From positions 1,922,968-1,986,967 of the forward strand of contig CAJFCJ010000009.1 of assembly GCA_904063045.1 (NCBI GenBank): 64,000 nucleotides of DNA, read 5' to 3'. The notes beneath the pieces were generated by a model, which was given only the letters and a program-made list of their open reading frames with translations, ran no database searches and had not been told where the DNA came from. Origin of the DNA: Dimorphilus gyrociliatus. Lineage: Eukaryota > Animalia > Annelida. How positions within the stretch are numbered: the stretch's first letter is position 1; the number at the start of each line of letters is the position of its first letter. A program made the translations under genes and the position numbers. Below, piece by piece: positions 24,074 through 35,596 of the stretch.

Positions 24074-26970
24074 TTATTTCCTATCTAATAGTTGACGTCT
24101 CTGCTGTTGTAATAAGCCTTCTAAGTGGTCAGCTCTTTTTAAAGCTGCATCATATTGCTGTCTTAGCTGTTTTACAATTTCTTCCTTCTTTTCTACAGCT
24201 GCTTTAACTCTTTTATGAACTTCTTCCATCTCAGCTTCTTTTGCTTTTTCAACTTTTTCGATTTGTTTTTTAACATCATCTAACTCGGCTTTATGCTTTG
24301 CCTTACATTCGGATAGATCATTTTTCAAGTTTTTACTCTCTTGTTCCGTTCTTGCTATCTTGTCAGCCAATTCTTGGCGAACGACATCTTCAAAATTTGA
24401 CTTTTCTTTTTGAAGTGTTTCAAGAAGGGATTTTAAATCGTCAATTTCTCTTTCTTTCTGTTTAACTGTAACTCTTAGAGTCTCATTATCACCTTGAACT
24501 TGAAGTAACTCTTTTTTAATTTCCAAATACTTTCTATTAATGTCTTTCTCAGAAAGTTCCAATTGACTCATTTCCTTTTCATACTTGTCTCTTAATCTTT
24601 TGATACGATTTTCAGCAACTCTTTCGCACTCTTCCCTTGATGACCTATATGACGAAAATATGCATATTATATATTTAATGCAACAGGTTATTTGCCTTAT
24701 TCTATTCATTTACCTATTATCCTCCTCTAATTGGGAAATAACCATGTCTATCTCCTTATCTCTTTCCTTCCTGGCTTTCTCTTTCAGTTCCCGTTCCTTG
24801 GCCGAAGTCCACGTATCCTGCTTCCTCATTAAATTTTCCATGAAGCTCTCTTTTTCAGCTTCCATTTTTTCCTTAATTTGACGTATTTCTTCCATATGCC
24901 TCTTTTCCTGTTCATCTCTTGCGGCTTCGTACTCTCTTCTCGTTGCCTCAGATGTCACTCGGGCATTTTTTTCCAGCATAAGCTGTTGCCTATCCGCTTC
25001 TTGCTTCATTCTTGAGTTTTGGGCGGCCAGTCGATCTTTCTCCTCAGCTATTTCAGCAAAGAGGCGTCGACGCTGCTGCTGAAGGGCTTCTTCTTCACTA
25101 CGAATTTGCTTCTCATAAGTTTGACGGGCAAGTTCTCTTTCCCTTGCACAAGCAGCTTCCTTTTCCTCTGCGAGTTGATCCCTGAGTTCTTCAATCATTT
25201 TTACATATCTCTTAGCAGCTCTTTCGTCAGCTTCCAACAGTTCAGCCTCCTGTATACTCTTTAATTTTTTAATCTCTGATTTGTGATCGGCAATTAACTT
25301 TTGAATTTCTGGTTCTAAACCTTTTACTGTCATTTCTTTAATTCTTTTTGTTTTTTCATCAATCCACCGCTCTCTTCTTAATTTTTCGGATGCACTAGCA
25401 ATTTCTTTAACTTTTTTTAATTCTATATTATGCTGTTCAGTTACATTTGTCAGTTTGTCTGTGTATTTTTTATCTTTCGTTTTCATTTCTACAACAAGTT
25501 TTTCGCATTTTTCACTCAGTATCTTTTTGTCATCTATTAACTGATCAATGAAGCCGAGATGACGTTTAACTGTTTCTTCATATTCAGCTTTTTGAACGTC
25601 TAGACGTTTTTGCATCTCTCTTTCAACGTCCTTGGCATGTCTTATTGTCAATTCTCTTTGTTGATCTAAGGCTCTTTGAAGCATCTTTATTCTTCTGGAT
25701 TTATCTTCGACCTGATTAATCATAATCAATTTAGTATTATTAAATTATATAATATTTAATCAAGCATAAAATTGGATTAGTTACAAACCTGAATTTTTTG
25801 AGATAAAACGGTCTGGGTCAGTTCGTTTGCCGTAGCTGTTGCTTGCTCCAACTGTTCAATCTCTTCGGCTGACGGAACTAATGGAGCAGAATCAGGAACA
25901 GTATCCAGTTCTAGCTCATCGAATCTCTCCCTCGTTTCGATATGATTTAGGTATGACATAATGCTTCTAAGTTTATCATCTGACAAATGAGGATTAGGGA
26001 GATCTTCTGTCTTCTTTTCTTGATTTGGAAATGTCTTCGGTTCTTCTAATTCTTCTAAAGTTGCTATTAAATCAGTGAACGTTGTTCTTGACTTTGTCGT
26101 TTTATCTTCCTCCAGTGTTCTTTCCGTTTGAGGTTGATTTTCATCTTCTTCATCGAAGAATACTGGTGAAGCCATTTTCTTCTTCACTATTGCTTCATCG
26201 TCTGAATTCTTTTTACCAGGCTGTCCGAAAAAAGAATCAAGAGTTCCATCATCGCTAGGAGCATTGTCTATAGCTTTCTTTTTTCCATTATCCTTTTTAA
26301 CTTCAACTTCCTTATCCTTTTTCTTTTTGTCAACTATCTTTCCAGAATCCTTCAAGAATTTGATTTCATCTTCAGCTAATTTTTTCTTTTCTTCTCGAGC
26401 CATCTCTCTCTTTTTATGTAATTCCTTAATAGCTTCTTGTCGTGCTTTTCTTGCCTTTTCTTCGCGCCTCTTTTGTTTATCTTTCTCCGTCTCATCACTT
26501 CCGTTGAGCTGAATGTCTCTTTTTTTTGAGACAAGAAAATTTTTCAAAATATCTTTACTCTTCTGACGCCTATACCAATTTTGTATTATGCTGGCTGCTA
26601 AATCCTGTGTATATTTATGTTTAATCTTTTTTCTTACCGGCACTATCTTTGTTTGAGCTTTTAATTTTGGTTGACTAAAAACGCTTTCATTGTTGTCAAT
26701 CGTACTAACACTCCTCGCACTGTTCAACCTTAAATTTCTAGATTTTGAGTTAAAAAAAGCTGACAGATCCTCGTCTTTTGACGACGGTTTTGTTTTAGAA
26801 ACTGATCGAGTTGATCTTGCTGAGTGTTCTTTTTTCGATCGAGTTGTAGATATACTATTCGAAACAACCGAATGCCGAGTTGACGTAGGCGCTTTTCGAG
26901 CCGAACCGATTTGTGATCCTGATAAACTTAGAGTAAGGCTATTTGCCGTATTCGACGGCTTTCTGGACAT
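24074..26970 (-). CDS. CEP131: Centrosomal protein 131 (AZI1), centriolar satellite protein
   Basis: IQ-like AASIIQNWYRRQK; LQRALDQQRELT..., YEETVKRHLGFIDQLIDDKKILSEKCE; RRERWIDEKTKRIKEMTVKGLEPEIQKLI; C-terminal EEVHKRVKAAV.KKEE..LRQQY.AA.KRADHLEGLL. Three exons. Confidence 0.93.
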
Positions 26971-27234
26971 TATTAGAGTCTTACTGTCATAGAAGCGAAA
27001 TAACAGAAATGTTGAAACCGGATGTTGACATTGGAATGTGTCAAGGATATTTTCGTATAAGGGAAAAAGATTTACGACTTTTCCTACAGATACTTATTTT
27101 TCACTGCTGCCACCTACATAAAAAATGAGATGTAAAAAACGAACAGGAAACTTTAAACAAACTTGCTGTTCATTTCACATTAATTTAAAAATTACCTATA
27201 AAAGAATTAAACAATTTTTATTTATAAGTACAGT

Positions 27235-29665
27235 TCACTTTTTGTTCTTTAACCAACGAAATATACTGTCTCTAACTTTCAAATTACGAGAGGGTTTTGT
27301 TGAATTTCTGCGATACTGACTTGAGCGTCTTCTTTCCCACATACTATCGTCAAGAAGAGAAGGAATTTCAAATGCTGTATCCGAACTATCGTTATTGTCT
27401 ATAGATAGTCTGATATCTTGAAGATTGTTTTCTAAAATATCGTTATATTTAGGCAATTCGTTAACTTTTCTACTTTTATCATTTGATTTGTACGTCTCTG
27501 TTGTTTTCATTAGTTCATCTTGTTTTTCTTTAATTTTTCTCTCAAGAGCAACTATTTCTGGGTCATCTTCGTCGTCTAGTAAAATATGTATCAATTCAGA
27601 AAAGGAGCAAAACCAGCAACTTTTGATCGACTCCTTTTCTTGCCTGGGTATTGACCTTTTTCTATATAAATTTGGTTCATAATTGCCTTTCGTTTCCCTT
27701 TCCGATTGATTTTTATTATTTGATGGACTAATCAAGGCTGATCTTTGTACTCTTGAATTTTGTCTCAAATCCGAGCTATATGTTTCATCACTGGTAGAAC
27801 TAGTTGTCGAATATTTACTTTCACCTCTACAGAAACTTTTACTGTCATTTTGAGAAGAACACGCCATAGTTTTTAATTTGGTTGAAGCATCTGAAGTATC
27901 TTTTGTCACTGATGCTGTAGCAAAAGAATTTGAAGATTTTCTAGAACTATTAGTAATAGCATTGGAATATTCTTTATTGGAGACTTCTGCCTCTTGTCTT
28001 GACTGTAAATGTTGTAGATATTATATGAAAAGAATTGGTAAAAAAGCTTTAGGCTTACAGGAATTGCTTTTTTTAATATAGATTTCCTTGGTAAATAAGT
28101 ATTGTTGGATGTAGTGGTTATTGTTGCTTCAGTAACAGTAGTTGTACTTGAACTTTCAGACTAAAATAGTTAATTTATCAGAATGTTAAAAGGTAATTGA
28201 TCGTAATTTAATTACTATTATATTAGATTCGTCTAATGAGGAATCAGACGATGAGGTTGTTCTTAGGAGGCTCCCCTTACTCTTTTGACTTTTCAGCGAT
28301 CTGCATTCCTTAATAATAGGTAATGCAGTTTCTTTCATCTTGTTTTTTTTCCTTTTTTTACTTTTATAAAACATGACTGGTTTACCATGTTTAATGCATT
28401 TTGGAATGATTGTATTAGCAACCTCTTGAACTGATTCGGTATTTATGCTTTTTGTATTATCTGCTAAACTTGTTGTTTCATCTGTTTTACTCGTCTTTCT
28501 ACTTGTTGTATCACTACTAGATAACGAATTACCAAAGCCCTCAGGCGACGTTTCATTCTTAGACGTATATGTAGGATTTGTACTTGTACTCGAGTTTTTA
28601 TTCTCAGTAGAAGTTTCTGGGGTGGTCGATTGAATGAGCGAACCCTTCTCAAAGTTCCAGGAAAGTCTTCTATTAGATTCTCTCCTTTCCTGTAGGCCTG
28701 TATTAGCTTGATTTAACGTATCTTTAATGTTACTACTAGCTTCTTTAGAAATATTTCTTTGGTTAGATTCTGCCGAAAATTTAATTGTTTTGAAGGGTTT
28801 TTTAAGTAATTATACCTATAGAAATATATTACTAAATTACTTGAAACACCTTTCTTTTGAAGATTTTTCGTTTTACTTGTACTAATACTCAAATTTTCAT
28901 TTGTTAGTTTATCTTCACAACAAGCACATTGGCATTTGCAAACTACCTTAATTGGATGATATGTAGGTGATATTTCAATTTCTTTCTCTGTTTGGGTGTC
29001 TTTAGCTTTGAAATTTTTCGTCATTTCTTCTTGAAAATAATTGAGTTTAGCTTTATCTAATGGATAATTCATACAGATATCAGTCTTCATCTCCCGATTT
29101 GAATCATTGTTCAAAGCTTTCTTTTTTAAATCCATTGAATTAATAAGCTTTGTGAAATTATGATAAGATATTACATGATCTTTACTAAGATTAGATTTTG
29201 TAGAATGTTCTTTAGTTGTCGAATCTATATGTAAATGTGAATTCTTTTCAGTTTTAATTAAACTACGATCCTTTCTATATGATTCTGTTCGTATTTTTTC
29301 CAAAGAAGCACTTTCATCTTTCAATTTAAATAAATCTAATTTTAAACTTTTATTCAATTTTTGCCTTTGATCTATAGAGCTTTTCAAATTGTTTATATAC
29401 TTTTTTGTAGATATTATTTGCTTTCCTAAAGGAATAAGATAATATATATTTCTAAGCACCTCAAAGTATTTAAACCATGTTAACATAGCTTGAACGTACC
29501 TTTAACATCAATTGTTTTGCATAATTGTCTTAATAGATCAGTGGTATTTTCTAAATTGATATGCAATTCTAGATTAGACTTTTTTACTTTATGATATTCT
29601 TTTATTTGTTCTAAGATCTTATTTTTTAAGTCTAAAAAGCTTTTTTCTTTGAATTTATTAGACAT
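27235..29665 (-). CDS. Uncharacterised multi-exon protein, roughly 700 aa: N-terminal coiled coil, Cys cluster, long Ser/Thr/Lys-rich region
   Basis: The separate ORFs 29480-29665, 28713-29486, 28186-28374 and 27235-27909 join in frame through short phase-compatible GT-AG introns (e.g. 29426-29499; the intron joining KK|ESNQR; CCT|gtaagc..cag|TCA). I recognise no family. Confidence 0.7.
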
Positions 29666-29981
29666 TATTTATTAGGGTATAACCCTAGCAAATTGTATAA
29701 TGTCTTGGCTGAGTAAAATTTTGATATGAAAAATCTGTTTAAATTGATCTAATTATGATAAAAATGATTCATTTTCACTTGAAATTTATCTTTGTTAATA
29801 ACTCATCTGAGCCGTTTGAAAATGTTCACGTATAAAACTTTTAAAAAATGCTACTCTAAGCAAAATTTGATTAACTTTATGAAAAAAACATGCTTTACAT
29901 TTATTTCTAAAATTCTTTTATAAAACTAATCGATTTATAAATGCCATTTTTAGAAGTTTTATTTTTACGAAAATAACTGCT

Positions 29982-29989
29982 CCGGAAGT
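29982..29989 (+). promoter_or_regulatory. ETS/GABP motif CCGGAAGT in the orphan/ATP9B bidirectional promoter
   Basis: Exact consensus about 30 nt upstream of the ATP9B start, in a 352-nt head-to-head interval. Confidence 0.45.
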
Positions 29990-30017
29990 CACTATTATTC
30001 TTAATGGCGGATCTGTT

Positions 30018-33000
30018 ATGATGAGTGATCAATACACGTACAATTCCCAAGAATTACATTCATATCGTTTACATCAACTAGAAAAAGAGAGTGAATCGTA
30101 AGTGGTATCACTTATCTACAATTCTTGTTTCAAGCAATTGAATGTCAACTGTTCCGAGTTTATATTTGTGTAATTGTGGAGCGAGATGAACCTGATAAAA
30201 TCGTGAGTGTAACTCATTATTTCACTATTAATACCGCCACTAGTACGAATCTTTTCCATCTTAATAATTCCTCTTAGTGAATCCTATTGGAGCGACGACC
30301 AAGTCACTGTGAGGTAAACCTTGTGTAGTTTGCTTAAGTCGATCGCTCTTTCAATGCAATCTCGAATAGGCTGCATTGATTTAATTTTGCAAGTTTTTAA
30401 TATATTATTTTTTGTTTGAAACGCACTTGCGGATTGTTCTTTTATTTTCAATTAATGTTCAAAAGAATTTATTATCTTCAAAAAGTTCTTATAATTTGTA
30501 TTTTTAGGTATGGATCATCGAATAGGAGGTCGGATGAAATTCCGTTAATGGTGAGTGATGACGGTTTTGACTCAGATGAAAGTGAATTTCTCATTCAACC
30601 CCGACGACAGAGATCGGACCGAACCGGGTGCTGCAGCAAGATCTTTTCGTTCTTTACAAATTGTTGCAACAGGTTTTTATTAGCACATTCCCTTCCCTTA
30701 TTACAGAGCACTGACCATTTTACCTCCCTTTCTCTCTTTACTGACAAATATCTTAGCTTGCTATCCTATATTCATATTTACTTCCATATTTCTTTCAAAA
30801 ATCTATCTATGTAAGTCCTAAAAAAATTGCTCACCTGTTGCACGTAGGTTATCCGAGGGTTTGGCAAAATCTTGCCGAAAGGAGAAGGAATACAAGTCAA
30901 GATCAGTGTTAATCGGAAAAGAGAATAGTAAATATGCCGAAGTCTTTCCTCCAAATATTATTAGAAATCAGAAATATAACATCTTCACTTTTATACCATT
31001 GGTTGGTGTTTCTTTAAGAAAAATATGCTTTCAGTTATGTTAAAGATGGCTAAATGTCTTACTCTCTTTTCTCTTTTTTGTGCTTTTTTATAGGTACTTT
31101 TCGAACAATTTCGATTCTTTTTGAATCTCTACTTTTTAATTATGGCCCTTTCACAATTTATTCCTGAAGTTCGCGTTGGATATTTATATACATATTGGGG
31201 ACCATTAGTAATTAATTTATCATATATAATATTATATTAATTGTGTACATGATTAATATTGTTAATTGATTTAAAGGGATTTGTAATTTCTGTTACTATG
31301 CTAAGAGAAGCAATAGATGATATTCGACGTTATAGAAGGGATAAAATAATTAATGGTGAAAAATATAAAAAATTGACTCCAAATGGAGTAATTAAGATTT
31401 CAAGTTCAGAAATTCACGTTGGTGATTTAATTATAATAGAAAAAGTATGTCCATAATATATATTTATATACATTCAATAATTTATTGTTACTACGATATT
31501 GTAATCGACATTTGTGTATCTATTTACAAACAAACTAAAATTAGGATCAGAGAGTTCCTGCAGATGTAGTATTTTTGCGAACTACTGAAAAGAATGGGTC
31601 ATGCTTTATTAGAACAGATCAGCTTGATGGTGAAACTGATTGGAAGTTAAGACTAGCTATAAGTAATACGCAACAACTACAATCGGACGAAGTAAGATAT
31701 ATATATATTTTTAATCATTCTAATTTAATTTCCCCCAATACTTCCCTCATCAGCTATCAGATTCAATAGTTTTATATATTTTTACTTATTTATTTATAGG
31801 AATGCTTTAATATTAATGCGCAAGTTTATGCTGAAAAACCTCAAAAGGATATTCATAGTTTCATTGGTACTTTTAGCAGAGTAAGTTTAAAATAGGAAGA
31901 TACTTATCTGTTAAGATTTATTAAAATTAATTAAAAAAAACTATTTATAGTCTGATGAAAGTAGTTACGAAGATTCTTTAAATATCGAAAATACACTGTG
32001 GGCAAATACTGTTGTTGCTTCCGGCACTGCCTTAGGTATTGTTATATATACAGGTAATGAAACTAGAAGCGTTATGAATACATCTCAACCAAAAAGCAAA
32101 GTTAGTTTAAATTATTTTATTATGATAAATATTAAATACAATTCATGTTTCAACATTAGATTGGTCTTTTGGATATTGAGATAAATACTCTCACAAAGAT
32201 GCTATTTTTCGCTGTTGTAGTATTAAGTTTAGTTATGATGATAATTAAAGGTTTTGGTGGTCCATGGTACAGGTACTTTTTTAGATTTATTCTCCTATTC
32301 TCCTACATTATTCCAATAAGGTATGTACAGATGTATTTTTTATCTATTTCATATATATATATATATGTATATATATCTTTTATGTCAAAATAGTTTACGC
32401 GTCAATTTGGATATGGGTAAAGTGGTCTATTCGTATTTCATTCAAAAAGATAAAGAAATGCCTGGATGCGTTGTCCGTTCAACAACAATTCCAGAGGAGT
32501 TGGGTAGAATCACCTATCTTTTATCAGATAAAACAGGGACTCTTACACAAAACGAAATGGTGTTTAAAAGACTTCATCTTGGTACAGTCTCATTTAGTTC
32601 TGACTCAATGGATGATGTAAAAAGTCACTTGAGAACAAGTTTTCAGAGTAAATCCGAAGGCTCCGGTAAAGTTAGGAAAACTGTAGTATCCAGGGTTCAT
32701 GATGCTGTGAAAGCAATAGCCCTTTGTCACAATGTAACTCCGGTTTTCGAGGAAATCGATGAAACCCCAGAGCAAAACGAAGCTAATATGCAAGGCTCTG
32801 AATCTGTTGTTTACCAGGCATCATCTCCAGATGAGGTTGCTCTAGTCAAATGGACAGAATCTGTTGGATTAGGATTGGTTAAAAGGGACCTAAATTGTAT
32901 GACTTTACGATCCCCCGATAACCGTCACCATGAATATGCATTACTAAACATATTTCCGTTTACTAGTGAAACTAAACGAATGGGGATTATAGTTAGAGAT

Positions 33001-34600
33001 TCATCAACAGGAGAAATAACTTTCTATATGAAAGGTGCTGACTCTGTCATGCAGTCAATCGTGCAGTACAACGACTGGTTAGATGAGGAATGTGGAAATA
33101 TGGCTCGCGAAGGTCTTCGAACATTGGTTGTGGCAAAAAAATCTTTAACCGAAGATCAATACATAGATTTCGAACAACGTTTTAATAACGCTAAAATGAG
33201 CGTTGAACAAAGATCAGCTCGTGTTGCAGCGGTATTGGAGGGATTGGAGAGAGATATGGAATTATTGTGTTTAACTGGAGTTGAAGATAAACTTCAAGAT
33301 AATGTACGGTCAACACTGGAGCTTCTACGTAACGGAGGGATAAAAGTATGGATGTTAACTGGTGATAAATTAGAAACGGCTACTTGCATTGCTAAATCTT
33401 CAAGATTAGTAGGAAAAACTCACGGAATTCATACTTTTAAAACTGTTAAAACGAGAGAAGAGGCTCATGCTGAACTAAATGCTTATAGAAGAAAACACGA
33501 TTGTGCTCTTGTAATAACTGGTGAATCATTGCAAGTCTGCTTGCAATTTTATGAACACGAGGTCGTCGACTGGGCTTGTCAGGCCCCAGCTGTTGTTGTT
33601 TGTCGTTGCTCACCTACTCAAAAAGCTGACATTGTAAAATTATTGAAAAATCATCAGGGTAAACGAACTTGTGCGATTGGCGACGGGGGTAATGACGTTT
33701 CTATGATACAAGCAGCTGACGCTGGCATTGGTATTGTGGGAAAAGAGGGAATGCAAGCATCCCTTGCAGCGGACTTCTCAATTAGTCAATTCGCCCATTT
33801 GGGACGTCTTCTTTTGGTTCACGGAAGAAATTCATATAAACGTTCTGCCTCGCTCAGTCAATTTGTTATTCATAGAGGTTTAATTATATCAACTATGCAA
33901 GCAGTTTTCTCGTCAGTCTTTTTTTTTGCATCAATTTCCTTATTTCCCGGCTTTTTGATGGTTGGCTACGCTACTGTATTTACTATGTTTCCAGTATTTT
34001 CCCTGGTACTTGATAAGGATGTTTCTGCAAATATAGCCATGACTTATCCCGAATTGTATAAAGAATTAACAAAAGGTCGCTCTTTATCGTTTAAGACTTT
34101 CTTTTTATGGGTTCTTATTAGCATATATCAAGGTTTGTACAACTAATATATTAATATATTAGAATACTCATTGTTTGTTTATTTATACAAATCTCTAGGT
34201 GGAATAATCATGTACGGTGCTTTAATTTTATTCGAAAATGAATTTGTGCACATAATTGACATAACATTTTCATCACTTATTCTTACTGAATTGTTAATGG
34301 TGGCTTTAACTATAAGAACTTGGCATTACATAATGGTTATAGCAGAACTTTTATCATTGGGAATCTACATAGCAAGCTTGGCTATTTTAAAGAATTACTT
34401 TGGTAAATATTTTACTTTCATTTTGCTTTGTAAAAACAAGTAAACATAAAAATAACTTTCTTTCAGATTCTGATTTTTTGAAAACTCCGAGCTTTATTTG
34501 GAAAGTTTCAGTGCTAACTGCAGTCAGCTGTATTCCGCTTTATGTTATCAAATTTTTAAGGAAGAGATTTTCACCTCCTTCCTACTCAAAATTAAATTAA
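30018..34600 (+). CDS. ATP9B: P4-ATPase phospholipid flippase ATP9B/ATP9A (Neo1 class)
   Basis: N-terminal [12 protein letters not shown] and [18 protein letters not shown] resemble ATP9B; [13 protein letters not shown]; [12 protein letters not shown]; phosphorylation motif LSDKTGTLT; [10 protein letters not shown]; [13 protein letters not shown]; C-terminus [11 protein letters not shown]. Confidence 0.95.
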
Positions 34601-35596
34601 AAACGTGGAATTTTTTATGTGTGTATATGTTAATACACGCATTCATCCGTCAATATATATATATATATATATACAGTATATATAAGTAAATAAATAAGAA
34701 ACCTATTTATAAACAAAAGTTGAAAATACATATTGTGCCTAGATTTTATTTTGTTTTTAGACGACGGAAGTTCAATATTAAGCAGCAAAGTATGAAAGGT
34801 ACAGACTTTCCTCTTTTGCTCATTTCAATATGGTATTGTATACAAAACCAAATAGATAGCTTACAAATCATTTACAATAAAATAATGATATGCGAATGAT
34901 GCTTTATTACTCGTAAAATGATCTTAATCCAGTTAATTAGGAATTTAATTATTTTCTTTATACAGTCTTAAGGTTTTGCGCCGTACATATCTGAAATAGT
35001 TATTTTCTTAGTATAGGAAATCATATGGGATTTTAAGAATAACACAGGAAGATACATTCCAAGTACTTTTTATTTAATGAACGATGTTAGATCTTTGATG
35101 TTTTTAATAAAAATATTAAAGGACTGTACACTTCTTCAGAAGGAAGAAGATATCGTATAATTACGAAAATATTGTTCTATATCTTTTCCATGATGTTATT
35201 AATAAAAGCAAGAGATAAGTAAATTACGTTAATCAATTTACTTTTACACTTGAACACTTCACATCATATAGATGAAAAGCTTCTATTATGTTTTATACCT
35301 TGACCCACATAATTTTATACACCAAGATTAAGGACAATTATGAAGAGCGTATTTTACAAATGGACAGATTTTAATTCTATCAGAAGAGAAAGAGTAACGT
35401 ATTTTCTCTAACAAAGTGTTAGAGAGGAAAAGAGTTTTAAAGAAGATAATCTTGTATTCAGGGAAAAATTACAACTAAATAAATTTTTCAACAACACCAA
35501 AATCATCTATCACTGATTTCTTTTTCAATAGTATTTTCTATATTTTTTGTTTTTTGGTCTCTTTTCTAAATACTTTATTGATATGCTGTTTACTAT

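Noticed and set aside
30100-30370. Minus-strand reading [19 protein letters not shown]... inside ATP9B intron 1
   Set aside because: Short, needs an implausibly small intron and shows no homology; the composition is better explained by the plus-strand alternative exons.
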